Source: Clostridiales bacterium
Lineage (GTDB): Bacteria; Bacillota; Clostridia; Christensenellales; JAISNN01
NCBI GenBank assembly: GCA_031276195.1
Contig: JAISNN010000053.1
Coordinates: 38,896 to 102,895, forward strand
DNA length: 64,000 nt
Direction: 5' to 3'
Shown: positions 29,214 through 38,637 of the stretch, piece after piece
Layout: each line of letters starts with the position of its first letter
Position numbering within the stretch: the first letter of the stretch is position 1
Position numbers and translations under genes: made by a program
The notes under the pieces: generated by a model
The model's input: the letters and a program-made list of their open reading frames with translations, nothing else
Told to the model about the DNA's origin: nothing
Databases searched by the model: none

Positions 29214-30128
29214 ATGAATTGCTTAATAATAAACAACCCGGTCAGCGGTCATTCAAAGACCGAAAAAGAACTAAACGAAATTGCCGCGCTTTTAAAAACG
29301 AAATACGAAACGGTCGACCTAAAAACTACGCAAAACGATTTATCGGCGGAGGACATTTCAAAGGCGAACGCCGGACTTTACGACCTCTTCGTCGTGATCG
29401 GCGGCGACGGAACTTTCAACGAAACTCTGCGCGGCGTCGTCGGAAGTCAAAACCCTCCGAAAATCGGTTACGTTCCCAGCGGCACGGTCAACGACTTCGC
29501 GCTGTCGAATAAAATCCCCTTCGACTACAAAAAAGCCGTCGAATTGATCTTAAACGGGACGCCCGTAAAGAAAAGCGCGATGTTTTTGAACGGCATTCCC
29601 GCGGGATATCTCATCGCGGCGGGTATGTTCACGTCGGTTAGTTATACGGCGGGAACGAAAGCCAAACGTAAACTCGGTAAAATGGCATACTATTGGGAGG
29701 TCGTCTTTAAGGACAAAGGACGGCACGGCGAAAGGCTGGAAGTTACGGTAGACGGCGAAAAGCACGACGGCTATTTTACTCTTATCGTAGGTTTAAACAA
29801 CCGCTACGTCGGCGGATTCCTCTCGTCGAGGGAAAACTTCGTAAACGCCGACGAATTCTTTTTGGTTATGATAAAGAAAAAGAAGGGCGTTTTCGGGACT
29901 ATCGCCTCGCTTTTTGCGTTGGCGAAAACCTATCTGAAAAAAGTTGAAAATATACAACCTTCCAAACACGTCGTGGTCAAAAAAGTCAAATCCTTTTCGG
30001 TGAAATCTCTGTCGAACACGACGTGGAATATCGACGGCGAAAAAGGTCCGTCGGGCGACGCGGAAGTTACGTACGCGCAAAACCAATTCGAGGTCTTTTT
30101 GCCGAACGGGCAAGAAACGAACGAATAA
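29214..30128 (+). CDS. Diacylglycerol/lipid kinase family protein, tandem paralog of 27704..28621
   Basis: Identical N-terminus MNCLIINNPVSGHSKT, GGDGT, and collinear similarity throughout. Confidence 0.85.
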   Translation: MNCLIINNPVSGHSKTEKELNEIAALLKTKYETVDLKTTQNDLSAEDISKANAGLYDLFVVIGGDGTFNETLRGVVGSQNPPKIGYVPSGTVNDFALSNKIPFDYKKAVELILNGTPVKKSAMFLNGIPAGYLIAAGMFTSVSYTAGTKAKRKLGKMAYYWEVVFKDKGRHGERLEVTVDGEKHDGYFTLIVGLNNRYVGGFLSSRENFVNADEFFLVMIKKKKGVFGTIASLFALAKTYLKKVENIQPSKHVVVKKVKSFSVKSLSNTTWNIDGEKGPSGDAEVTYAQNQFEVFLPNGQETNE

Positions 30129-30291
30129 ACGAATACTAATAAATATGATAAACGAATGCAAATGAATAAAACGGTTAAATAAATGAATAAACGACAATAA
30201 ATGACGAATGAATAAATGAACAAACGGTAAATCACTAACCGCCGGATACTAACCGCTAAATACGCCACTAACCATACGGAGGAATCAACTT

Positions 30292-32937
30292 ATGTTATCA
30301 TTGCCGCACACCAAAACCCCCGCCGAACTTGCCGCCGAATTCGACGTCGATCTAAAAAACGGCATAGAAAGCGAAAAACTCCCCTATCTCGCCGAAAAAT
30401 TCGGAAAAAATAAGTTGGCGGAAGTCAAGAAAAAAAGTTATCTGATGAAATTTCTCGCCCAATTTAAGGACGTAATGATCATCATTCTGCTTCTTGCCGC
30501 CGCGGTTTCGTTCGTTTTGGCGGCGATAAGCGGCGAAGCGGGCGAATTTTTCGAACCCGCGCTCATCGTCGCGATCGTCGTCATAAACGCGATTATGGGC
30601 GTTTCGCAGGAAAACAAAGCGGAAAAAGCCTTGGACGCTCTGAAAAATATGACCGCCCCCCACGCGAAAGTCGTCCGCGAAGGCAAAGAATCGGTCATCG
30701 ACGCGGCGGACTTAGTTCCGGGCGACATAATCCTTTTGGAAGCGGGCGATTTCGTCCCCGCGGACGCGCGCCTCATCTCCTCCTCCTCTTTGCAGTCCGA
30801 AGAGTCCGCTTTGACGGGCGAATCGGTCGCCGCGGAAAAGGCTTTCGACATAATCCCCTTGGAAAACGCCCCCTTGGGCGACAGAAGCAATATGGTTTTT
30901 TCGGGGTGCAGCATAACCTACGGCACGGCAAAGGCGATCGTAACGTCCACGGGAATGAATACCGAAATGGGCAAGATCGCGGGGCTCCTCCAAAATCAAG
31001 AGGACGGTTCCACCCCTCTTCAAAAAAAACTCGCCGCAATGGGCAAGTATATGGGCATCGCCGCCCTCGCCGCCTGCGCTTTGATATTCGTCATCGGGCT
31101 TTTTATGGATCTCGATATTAAAATGCTCTTTATGACCGCGGTATCTCTCGCGGTTTCCGCGATTCCCGAGGGACTTCCCGCCGTCGTAACCATCGTTTTG
31201 GCGATCGGCGTGCAAAAAATGGTCAAGCGGAACGCGATCATCCGCCGCCTTCCCGCCGTCGAGACTTTGGGTTCCGCGACGGTCATCTGTTCCGACAAGA
31301 CGGGTACGCTGACTCAAAACAGAATGACGCTTTTAAAGGCTTATACCGACGGCGCGGATCTCCCCGCCGACATATCCAACGACAACGACGGCACGGTAAG
31401 GCATCTCTTAAAATACGCGGTTTTATGCTGCAACGGCAGCGTAACCTACGACGAAAACGAAAAAGAAGTCCACGTAGGCGATCCGACCGAAACCTCCGTC
31501 GTCGCCGCCGCCATGAAAAACGGACTCTTTAAAGAGTCCTTGAACGCGGATTTTCCGCGCGTCGCGGAACTTCCCTTCGACTCCGACAGAAAACTTATGA
31601 CATCCGTAAACGCCGTCGGCGGAAAAAGAATCGCGATCGTAAAGGGCGCGTTCGATATGCTGATCAAACGTTGCGTAAAAGGCGATTTGAAAGCCGCGTC
31701 CGCCGTAAACGACGCGCTGGGAAGAAACGCGCTCCGCGTCATAGCGGTCGCCTTTAAGGAACTTCCCGAAGGCGATTTGAAACTCGATGAATTAGAAACG
31801 GATCTGACCTTTATGGGTCTGCTCGGAATGATCGATCCGCCGCGTCCAGAAGCGAAGGCGGCGGTCAAGGAATGCCGTATGGCGGGCATAAAACCCGTTA
31901 TGATAACGGGCGACCACGTCATCACCGCGTCCGCGATAGCGAAGGAATTAGGAATTTTAGCGGAGGGCGACGAAGCGGTTACGGGCGAAGAACTTGCGGC
32001 GATGTCCGACGAAGAACTGACCGCGAGAATAAGGAAAATTTCCGTCTACGCGCGCGTTTCCCCCTCCGACAAAATCCGTATCGTAAAAACCTGGCAGGCG
32101 TTGGGAGAGATCGTCTCTATGACGGGCGACGGCGTAAACGACGCTCCCGCCCTAAAAGCCGCCGACATCGGCTGCGCGATGGGCATAACGGGGACGGACG
32201 TCGCAAAGGGCGCGGCGGACATCACCTTGACGGACGACAATTTCGCGACCATAGTCCACGCCGTCAAAGAGGGACGCGGAATCTACGACAACATAAAAAA
32301 GGTTATCGGCTACCTCTTAGGCACGAATATCGGCGAGATTTTGACGGTATTTTTCGCGATGATCATATTCAAAACCCCTCCTCTGCTCTCTATGCAACTG
32401 CTGTGGATCAATCTGGTTACGGACAGCCTGCCCGCGATCGCCCTCGGTATGGAGGATATCGACGACGGCATTATGAAACGGAAACCGAAACCCGCGAACG
32501 AAGGGATTTTTGCGAACGGTTTCGGCTTGCGCATCTTGATTCAAGGCATAATGTTCGGTGCGCTGACGCTGATAGGCTACTATATCGGAAAAGAATTCGG
32601 CGGCGCGGACACGTTAGACGCTCAAATAATAAGCGGTCAAACGACGGCTTTTATCATTCTCGCGCTGACGCAAGTCATTCATTCATTCAATATGCGTTCT
32701 GAACGCTCGCTGTTCAAACTCAACCCGTTTTCGAACAAAAAACTGAATTTCGCCGCGCTGATAGGTTTCGTTATGATGCTGTTCGTCGTGTTCGTTCCGG
32801 GCGTGAATACGGCGTTCGGGCTTACCTACCTGCCTTGGCATCTCTATCCCATCGCCCTCGGAATCGCCTTTATCCCCATTCCGGTTTTGGAAACCGTCAA
32901 ACTTATCGACAGAATCAAAGCGAAAAAAACGGCTTAG
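30292..32937 (+). CDS. P-type (P2A-like) calcium/cation-transporting ATPase
   Basis: Phosphorylation motif CSDKTGTLT. Also TGES, MITGD and GDGVNDAPALK. About 10 TM segments. Confidence 0.9.
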   Translation: MLSLPHTKTPAELAAEFDVDLKNGIESEKLPYLAEKFGKNKLAEVKKKSYLMKFLAQFKDVMIIILLLAAAVSFVLAAISGEAGEFFEPALIVAIVVINAIMGVSQENKAEKALDALKNMTAPHAKVVREGKESVIDAADLVPGDIILLEAGDFVPADARLISSSSLQSEESALTGESVAAEKAFDIIPLENAPLGDRSNMVFSGCSITYGTAKAIVTSTGMNTEMGKIAGLLQNQEDGSTPLQKKLAAMGKYMGIAALAACALIFVIGLFMDLDIKMLFMTAVSLAVSAIPEGLPAVVTIVLAIGVQKMVKRNAIIRRLPAVETLGSATVICSDKTGTLTQNRMTLLKAYTDGADLPADISNDNDGTVRHLLKYAVLCCNGSVTYDENEKEVHVGDPTETSVVAAAMKNGLFKESLNADFPRVAELPFDSDRKLMTSVNAVGGKRIAIVKGAFDMLIKRCVKGDLKAASAVNDALGRNALRVIAVAFKELPEGDLKLDELETDLTFMGLLGMIDPPRPEAKAAVKECRMAGIKPVMITGDHVITASAIAKELGILAEGDEAVTGEELAAMSDEELTARIRKISVYARVSPSDKIRIVKTWQALGEIVSMTGDGVNDAPALKAADIGCAMGITGTDVAKGAADITLTDDNFATIVHAVKEGRGIYDNIKKVIGYLLGTNIGEILTVFFAMIIFKTPPLLSMQLLWINLVTDSLPAIALGMEDIDDGIMKRKPKPANEGIFANGFGLRILIQGIMFGALTLIGYYIGKEFGGADTLDAQIISGQTTAFIILALTQVIHSFNMRSERSLFKLNPFSNKKLNFAALIGFVMMLFVVFVPGVNTAFGLTYLPWHLYPIALGIAFIPIPVLETVKLIDRIKAKKTA

Positions 32938-33075
32938 CCTTTACCTCGATTCAAATCTAAAAAACACCAAACCTCACGACGGAATTAAAGCGAAAAAAAA
33001 CGGCTTAGCCTTTACCTCGATTCAAATCTAAAAAACGCCAAACCTCCGACGGAATTAAAGAAAAAAACGGCGATA
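32907..33075. repeat. 71-bp tandem repeat (about 2.4 copies) starting in the last codons of the ATPase gene
   Basis: CGAC(A/G)GAAT(C/T)AAAGCGAAAAAAACGGCTTAGCCTTTACCTCGATTCAAATCTAAAAAAC(A/G)CCAAACCTC is repeated. Confidence 0.9.
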
Positions 33076-33355
33076 AACGATTAAAAACTTTTCTCCCGCT
33101 AAATAGTATCCGGTTAAAAAATTGCAATTAAATCATAGAAAATTCCATCCCGTTAAACGGAGCGGAATTTTTTTTATTCACACTTGCCGCAAAAATCACT
33201 AAATTCTAACCACATTCACCGACCGCTAACCGCCTTAACTAACCGCTAACCATTGACCGCTATATATATTACTTATAAAACCGGCAAAACCTATCACGCG
33301 GACGCGCTTGACCGCATATAGTATATTATAAACGAATCACGGAGGTACATATTTT

Positions 33356-34015
33356 ATGTCTTTTTTAAATAACAATCCGCGTCCCGAAAGGACTCCCGGC
33401 CCCATAAACGGCAATCCGATCAACGGATTAAACGAGAGGGTTTGTATTCAGGTCAAGAAAGTTTTCGACGCTTGCATAAGGCAGGAGACTCTCGAAAACG
33501 AAAACATCGCCGTAACGTCCTATACGCCGACCGCAAGCACGCCCGTCGAACCTTTTCGGTTTGTCAGCGCGGCGAGTTCTACATATATCGGCACGATTTC
33601 AAACCTTACGATCGAGCCTTTGAGCGACGGCAAGGGCTGTTCGCGCTGCAAGTTCAACATAACCGTTCCTCTCAACGTCATCTTTTTTGACGCGACGAAT
33701 ACGCGCTATACGGGCGCGGCGGAATTGACCGTTTCGGCGGACATTCTGCTGTTCATTCCCGAACCGTCGATTATGCCGTTCGAGATCGATACGGTCGTGA
33801 ATTGCAACTGTCCCGAGGGGTCGTACATCGGCGCGAACACTTTCAACGTTACCTGCTGTTTGACGATTATCACGAAGGTCGTAATCGAAGTCGAATTACT
33901 CGTTCCGTCATACGGCTATTGCTTTATCCCCCCCTGCCAAGAATTCACCGAAGAAGTCTGCACGGGCGCGTTCGACCTGCCGATTTTCCCGTCGGGAAAC
34001 GTCCGGCGCGGATAG
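33356..34015 (+). CDS. Cysteine-rich hypothetical protein (possible spore coat/exosporium-type structural protein)
   Basis: 219 aa with 13 Cys, several in pairs (CSRC, CNC, CC; CIQVKKVFDAC). SD GGAGG lies 10 nt upstream of the ATG. A sigma-K-like AC-17-CATAtagTA sits at 33296-33323. Confidence 0.7.
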   Translation: MSFLNNNPRPERTPGPINGNPINGLNERVCIQVKKVFDACIRQETLENENIAVTSYTPTASTPVEPFRFVSAASSTYIGTISNLTIEPLSDGKGCSRCKFNITVPLNVIFFDATNTRYTGAAELTVSADILLFIPEPSIMPFEIDTVVNCNCPEGSYIGANTFNVTCCLTIITKVVIEVELLVPSYGYCFIPPCQEFTEEVCTGAFDLPIFPSGNVRRG

Positions 34016-34090
34016 GAAAACGAGAAGCGTTAGTAAAGCAAAAAGCGTTAGTAAAACAAAAAACGGAAGGGCTAAATATAGACGGCTTTA

Positions 34091-34417
34091 TACGCCATAG
34101 CCAACTCTATACGCCGCAACCAAAATTCCCCTCCGCAGGAGGGGTGTAGGGGTGGGGCGACCGAATAACGAATTCCGTACGTCATAACCAACTCTATACG
34201 CCGCAACCAACTCCATACGTCATAACCAAAATTCCCCTCCGTGGGAGGGGTGTAGGGGTGGGGCGACCGAATAACGAATTCCGCACGTCATAACCAACTC
34301 TATACGCCGCAACCAACTCCATACGTCATAATCAAAATTCCCCTCCGTGGGAGGGGTGTAGGGGTGGGGCGACATTATTATAATTCAGCAACCAAAATTC
34401 CCCTCCGCAGGAGGGGA
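34091..34417 (+). repeat. Hairpin plus G-tract repeat family, 4 cores, ~118-bp period
   Basis: AAAATTCCCCTCCG(T/C)(G/A)GGAGGGGTGTAGGGGTGGGGCGACCGAATAACGAATTCCG...CATAACC is reiterated. Confidence 0.9.
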
Positions 34418-34504
34418 ATTTATAAGGCTCTAAATACAATTTCTTTCTTACTTAACTCTTTTATCTATCAAACACGCCGCGCCGCGTTTTCCGCTAAAAA
34501 CCGA

Positions 34505-35677
34505 TTAATTCGGCGCGCCGCATTCGGGGCAGAATCTCGCTCCGTCGCCGAGAGCCGCGCCGCATTTCTTGCACACCGCCGCCCCCGCGCCGAGTTTTTC
34601 TCCGCAGGTATTACAAAACTTTGCCGACGGATTATTCGCCGCGCCGCATTTTAAGCATTTGACCGTAACGCTGACCACCGCGCCGCACACGCCGCAAAAC
34701 TTGCTTCCCGCCGGCACAGCCGCGCCGCATTGATAGCATTTTACGGAGGGAGCGGGCGGGTTTTGGGGCGAAGACGGCGCGTTATTAGACGGCGCGTTAT
34801 TATTCGACCCGTTCAGCGCGTCGGACACGTTTTTCATCATTGAAAAGCCCATTCCCATACCGACGCCCATCGCCGCCATACCGCCGCCGCCCGGGTTTTT
34901 CGCCGCTTCTGGGATTGCCTGCGCGGTTTGGAAGCCGATCAACTTATTCATATCGCCTTCGCTGAACATACCGACCGACGTTCTGGAATCGAGGGCTTTC
35001 GAGACTTCGTCCGGGAGTGTGATTCCCTCTATAAAAATGGATGTAACTTCGATTCCGAAAGCGTCGAAGTCCGCCGTCGCGTGTTCCTTTGTGATCGCGC
35101 CGAACTCGCGGTAATTCGCGGCGAGATCCAAAACGGGGATTTTGGCTTCGCCGATACTGTCCGCGAAATTGTGAACGATGATTTGTTTGAGTTGTTCGTA
35201 GACGTCCTCCGTCTTGTAGGACGACCCCGTGCCGCTCAACTCGCGCATTAGTTTTGCGGGATCGTTGACGCGGAAAGAGAACGTTCCGCGCGCTCTGATA
35301 CGCGCCATTCCGAAATCCTTATCGCGGACGGGTATGGGCGAGGGCGTTCCCCACGGCTGGTTTATGAACTGTTTCGTGTTGACGAAATAAATCTCGCCCT
35401 TATAAGGGCTTTCAAAGGCGTATCCCCAAGAAAAAAGCCTCGTCAAAATCGGCAAGTTATCCGTATGTAACTTGTATTTTCCGGGCTCAAACACGTCGGC
35501 GATCTGCCCCTTCGCGACAAAAATCGCCTTTTGCGACTCCCTGACGGTGAGTTGCGAACCCTGCATAATCTCTTCTCTGTCCGTGATCGGATAGCGGTAG
35601 ACGATCGTATTCGACGACTCGTCCGACCACTCGATTACCTTAGGCAGCTGCCTTTTTAACTTATCAAAAATTCCCAT
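34505..35677 (-). CDS. SPFH/band-7-like domain protein with three C-terminal zinc-ribbon modules (YdjI/COG4260-like)
   Basis: The N-terminus GIFDKLKRQL..VIEW....N.IVYRYP is typical of the family as I remember it. The C-terminus has repeated C..CG...P....FC..CG motifs. Confidence 0.7.
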   Translation of the reverse strand: MGIFDKLKRQLPKVIEWSDESSNTIVYRYPITDREEIMQGSQLTVRESQKAIFVAKGQIADVFEPGKYKLHTDNLPILTRLFSWGYAFESPYKGEIYFVNTKQFINQPWGTPSPIPVRDKDFGMARIRARGTFSFRVNDPAKLMRELSGTGSSYKTEDVYEQLKQIIVHNFADSIGEAKIPVLDLAANYREFGAITKEHATADFDAFGIEVTSIFIEGITLPDEVSKALDSRTSVGMFSEGDMNKLIGFQTAQAIPEAAKNPGGGGMAAMGVGMGMGFSMMKNVSDALNGSNNNAPSNNAPSSPQNPPAPSVKCYQCGAAVPAGSKFCGVCGAVVSVTVKCLKCGAANNPSAKFCNTCGEKLGAGAAVCKKCGAALGDGARFCPECGAPN

Positions 35678-35689
35678 TTTTCGTGTCTC

Positions 35690-36010
35690 CTATTTTTTCC
35701 GCATTTTTTTATTATGCGTTTTTGGTCTTTACCTCTGCGGTATGCGTTATTAGTAGCGTGTTTTTTATTCGTATGCGTTATTATAGTATGCGTTTTTTAG
35801 TCTTTACATCTGCGGTATGCGTTATTAGTAGCGTGTTTTTTATTCGTATACGTTATTATTGTATGCGTTTTTGGTTTTTCCCTTTCGGTATGAGTTATTA
35901 ATAGTGCATTTTTTATTCGTATACGTTATTATTGTATGCGTTGTTTGGTTTGTCCTTTTCGGTATGAGTTATTAATAGTGCATTTTTTATTCGTATACGT
36001 TATTATTGTA
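35690..36010. repeat. ~65-bp tandem repeat, about 5 copies
   Basis: TATTCGTATACGTTATTATTGTATGCGTTTTTGGT...CGGTATG(C/A)GTTATTA(G/A)TAG is reiterated. Confidence 0.85.
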
Positions 36011-36080
36011 TGCGTTTTTTAGCCTTTATCTTTCGGTATGCTATTAATAATCCGCACTTCTCAGCCTTTATATTTTCTAT

Positions 36081-36348
36081 AATTCCCCTCCGTGGGAGGG
36101 GCAGGGGTGGGGCGAACTTCCCTTATTATCCTTATATTCCCCTCCGTGGGAGGGGATCAAAGGGGTGGGGCGAACTTCCATCACTTTCCTTACATTCCCC
36201 TCCGTGGGAGGGGATTCAAGGGGTGGGGCGAACTTCCCTTATTATCCTTATATTCCCCTCCGTGGGAGGGGATTCAAGGGGTGGGGCGAACTTCACTCAT
36301 TATCCTTACATTCCCCTCCGTGGGAGGGGATCTAAGGGGTGGGGCGAC
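36081..36348 (+). repeat. Hairpin plus G-tract repeat family, 5 copies, ~59-bp period
   Basis: Unit ATTCCCCTCCGTGGGAGGGGAT(T)CAA(A)GGGGTGGGGCGAACTTCCCTTATTATCCTTAT. Confidence 0.95.
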
Positions 36349-36713
36349 CGATTAGCATACATATTTTTATATATATTCCAATCAATCTTTCTATCTTTCA
36401 TATTTATTATACCACATTATGCAACTCAACGCAATAGTTTTTTATATATTTTTTAATCACGGTTCATATTTCTCGACCGCCGACCGCTAACCGCCGACCG
36501 CCGACTTGCTAAATAATACCGCCGCCGCTCAGTTGCTAACCGCGGCAATAAATAAAAACCCTCTCGATCAAGAGGGTAAAACGCCGCGTAATTTCCTTAT
36601 TGCCAAGATATATCGGTGCAAAGGACGCTTATTTCTCCGCGCGTTCGCCTCTTCCCGCGTCAAATACTTAGACTGCCCCGTTTCTTTCGCGGCGACGGCT
36701 TCCGCATATGCCG

Positions 36714-37226
36714 TCAAATTAGTTTTCCCCACTTCTCCGCTTGCGAGACTATCTCTTTCGTTTTAGCGGCGGCGCGTTCCGCATAATCGGCGTATTCCTT
36801 TTCCAATTCCGCTTTCTGTTCGGGCATCGCCACCGAGCGCGCTTTCTTTAAATATTCCAAATGAATTTTATCATATAAATCCGTAAGATTGTCCGTATAA
36901 AACCGCACAAATCCGAACCATACGCGCCAATCTCCGGGGTTCGCGTCGACGGCTTGCTTGTAGGCTTCCTTTGCCTTCGCGTAATCTTTCAACGCCAAAA
37001 GCGTATCGCCGTTCCTGAGAAACTCCTCCGCTTCTGTTTTTTCCCTGCCGTGAATGATCTTAGTAATATGTTGCTGCGTGCTGTACGTGGTGTTATACGA
37101 AATGTTTTGAATTTCCTCTTGTATCAAAATCTTTGTACCGCAATGTAAACAAAACCCGAACTCCCTTGAATCGTCCAGCGTGATACTTCCTCCGCATTGC
37201 TTGCATACCAATGTAACTACCGACAT
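36714..37226 (-). CDS. Zinc-ribbon plus TPR-like helical protein
   Basis: CKQCGG...CLHCGT ribbon, then TPR-like ALKDYAKAKEAYKQAVDANPGDWRVWFG. Start placed at MSVVTL because AAGGAGA lies 8 nt upstream; the ORF track starts 18 codons earlier. Confidence 0.65.
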   Translation of the reverse strand: MSVVTLVCKQCGGSITLDDSREFGFCLHCGTKILIQEEIQNISYNTTYSTQQHITKIIHGREKTEAEEFLRNGDTLLALKDYAKAKEAYKQAVDANPGDWRVWFGFVRFYTDNLTDLYDKIHLEYLKKARSVAMPEQKAELEKEYADYAERAAAKTKEIVSQAEKWGKLI

Positions 37227-37378
37227 AATAAAACTCTCCTTATAAAATGTTTCTTTCGGCTTAGAATATATATTAAACAATGTCCGCGCGGTGGTAAAGA
37301 AGCGGATATGCTTTTGCTAATATTTTCCTCTCCGTTCGCCGATTTTTAATCCCAATTTCTCAAAAAAACCCTTTGCTT

Positions 37379-38281
37379 TTACATTATACTTTTCAATTTT
37401 TCCAAGATTTCTTTTCCTTTTTCTTTTTCTTTTCTCTCGCTTATCAAAAGATTGATCCCGTCTTTTAAAGATTCCACCCTATGGTTTTCAAAATAGCCTA
37501 TTAAACTATTCAAACTTTCCATATCGGCGTATTCGCGCGGCATACCGCAGATTGAGATCAACTTGTCAAATCTTTCCTCTAATTCTTTTATTGCGGTGAA
37601 AAGCGTATCCCTTTTTGCAACCCATTCGGGAATCATTCCTTGCTTTAAGCGCACTTTGTCATTATATTGTTTAGCACGCGCACGAGCGGTGTGCAAGCCT
37701 ATGATCAGCCCTATGACACCCACGATAATCACCCCGACTCCGAACCATCCCGATTTTGCCGACACCTCGGCCGCATCCGCCCATATCTCTGCCACCGGTT
37801 CGTCTGAAAGCGAGTCATGAAGACTCTCTCTTAAACTACTGTGACCTATAAGAGTCAACACACCCACTATCAAGATAAACCCAAAAAGCGTTTCTATGAT
37901 ACCCCCTATCTTCTCATATCCCTTGCGCTTGAAATACTCACCTATGAGGGCGCCAACTATTCCAACCGCTATAAGCGCGCCGCTTACGAACCACGTAAAC
38001 CCTTCTATAAATACATCCATCGCTTTCTCGTAAGCCAAGTTTCCGAAACTACCGCTTAACGCGCTCATTAAAAAACTTATTCCAAAAGCAAGCGTGCCCA
38101 AAACGACGCAGATCACGCCGAATTTCCAAACGCCCCCTAATAAATTTTTCACTTTGCGCTCTTGGAGTTTTTGGGCTTCATTAACGGCATCGTCGATTAT
38201 TCTCTTTTCTTTACGCAAATTTTCAAGTTCCTCGCAGTATCTAAATTGCTCTCTAAGTTCCAACAACGTGCCGTTTTCCAT
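37379..38281 (-). CDS. Hypothetical membrane protein (N-terminal coiled coil, multi-TM core, conserved C-terminal ERFDKLISICGMPREYAD domain)
   Basis: 300-aa ORF. Paralog of 38638..39501 at both termini. Confidence 0.65.
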   Translation of the reverse strand: MENGTLLELREQFRYCEELENLRKEKRIIDDAVNEAQKLQERKVKNLLGGVWKFGVICVVLGTLAFGISFLMSALSGSFGNLAYEKAMDVFIEGFTWFVSGALIAVGIVGALIGEYFKRKGYEKIGGIIETLFGFILIVGVLTLIGHSSLRESLHDSLSDEPVAEIWADAAEVSAKSGWFGVGVIIVGVIGLIIGLHTARARAKQYNDKVRLKQGMIPEWVAKRDTLFTAIKELEERFDKLISICGMPREYADMESLNSLIGYFENHRVESLKDGINLLISERKEKEKGKEILEKLKSIM

Positions 38282-38637
38282 ATTCGTTTTTGCGTGAACG
38301 CTAATATTGCTTACCGTTTAAAGTAAAACGCCATTAGTTATCCACATCCTCCCGTTATTTTATTATCAACAAATATTGTACGTCGTCGTCGTCGTCGTCT
38401 ATGTCAAGCGTTTTTATGCCGATTTTTTACCTTTTTTTACTTTTTTTTCGGATTTTTTACTTTCACTTCTGTTTTTCACGGCAACCTTTTCCACATTTTT
38501 CCTCATCTTATCAATATAAAATATTTTTCGGCTTAGAATATATATTAAACAATGTCCGCGCGGGGGGCAAAGAAGCGGATTTGAGGGATTTTATTTTGCG
38601 TTTAAAATTCCGCGCGGACACTGCCTAACAACCGATT

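Noticed and set aside
30352-32702. Many overlapping ORFs (both strands) within the ATPase gene
   Set aside because: They are Arg/Gly/Pro-rich alternative frames of a GC-rich, motif-verified 881-aa CDS.
36010-36456. ORFs reading through the hairpin/G-tract arrays (PLRGRGSKGWG... peptides; also 39666..40160, 45488..45838, 53113..53447)
   Set aside because: The periodic peptide simply reflects the DNA repeat. Several frames are open simultaneously and there are no start or RBS signals.
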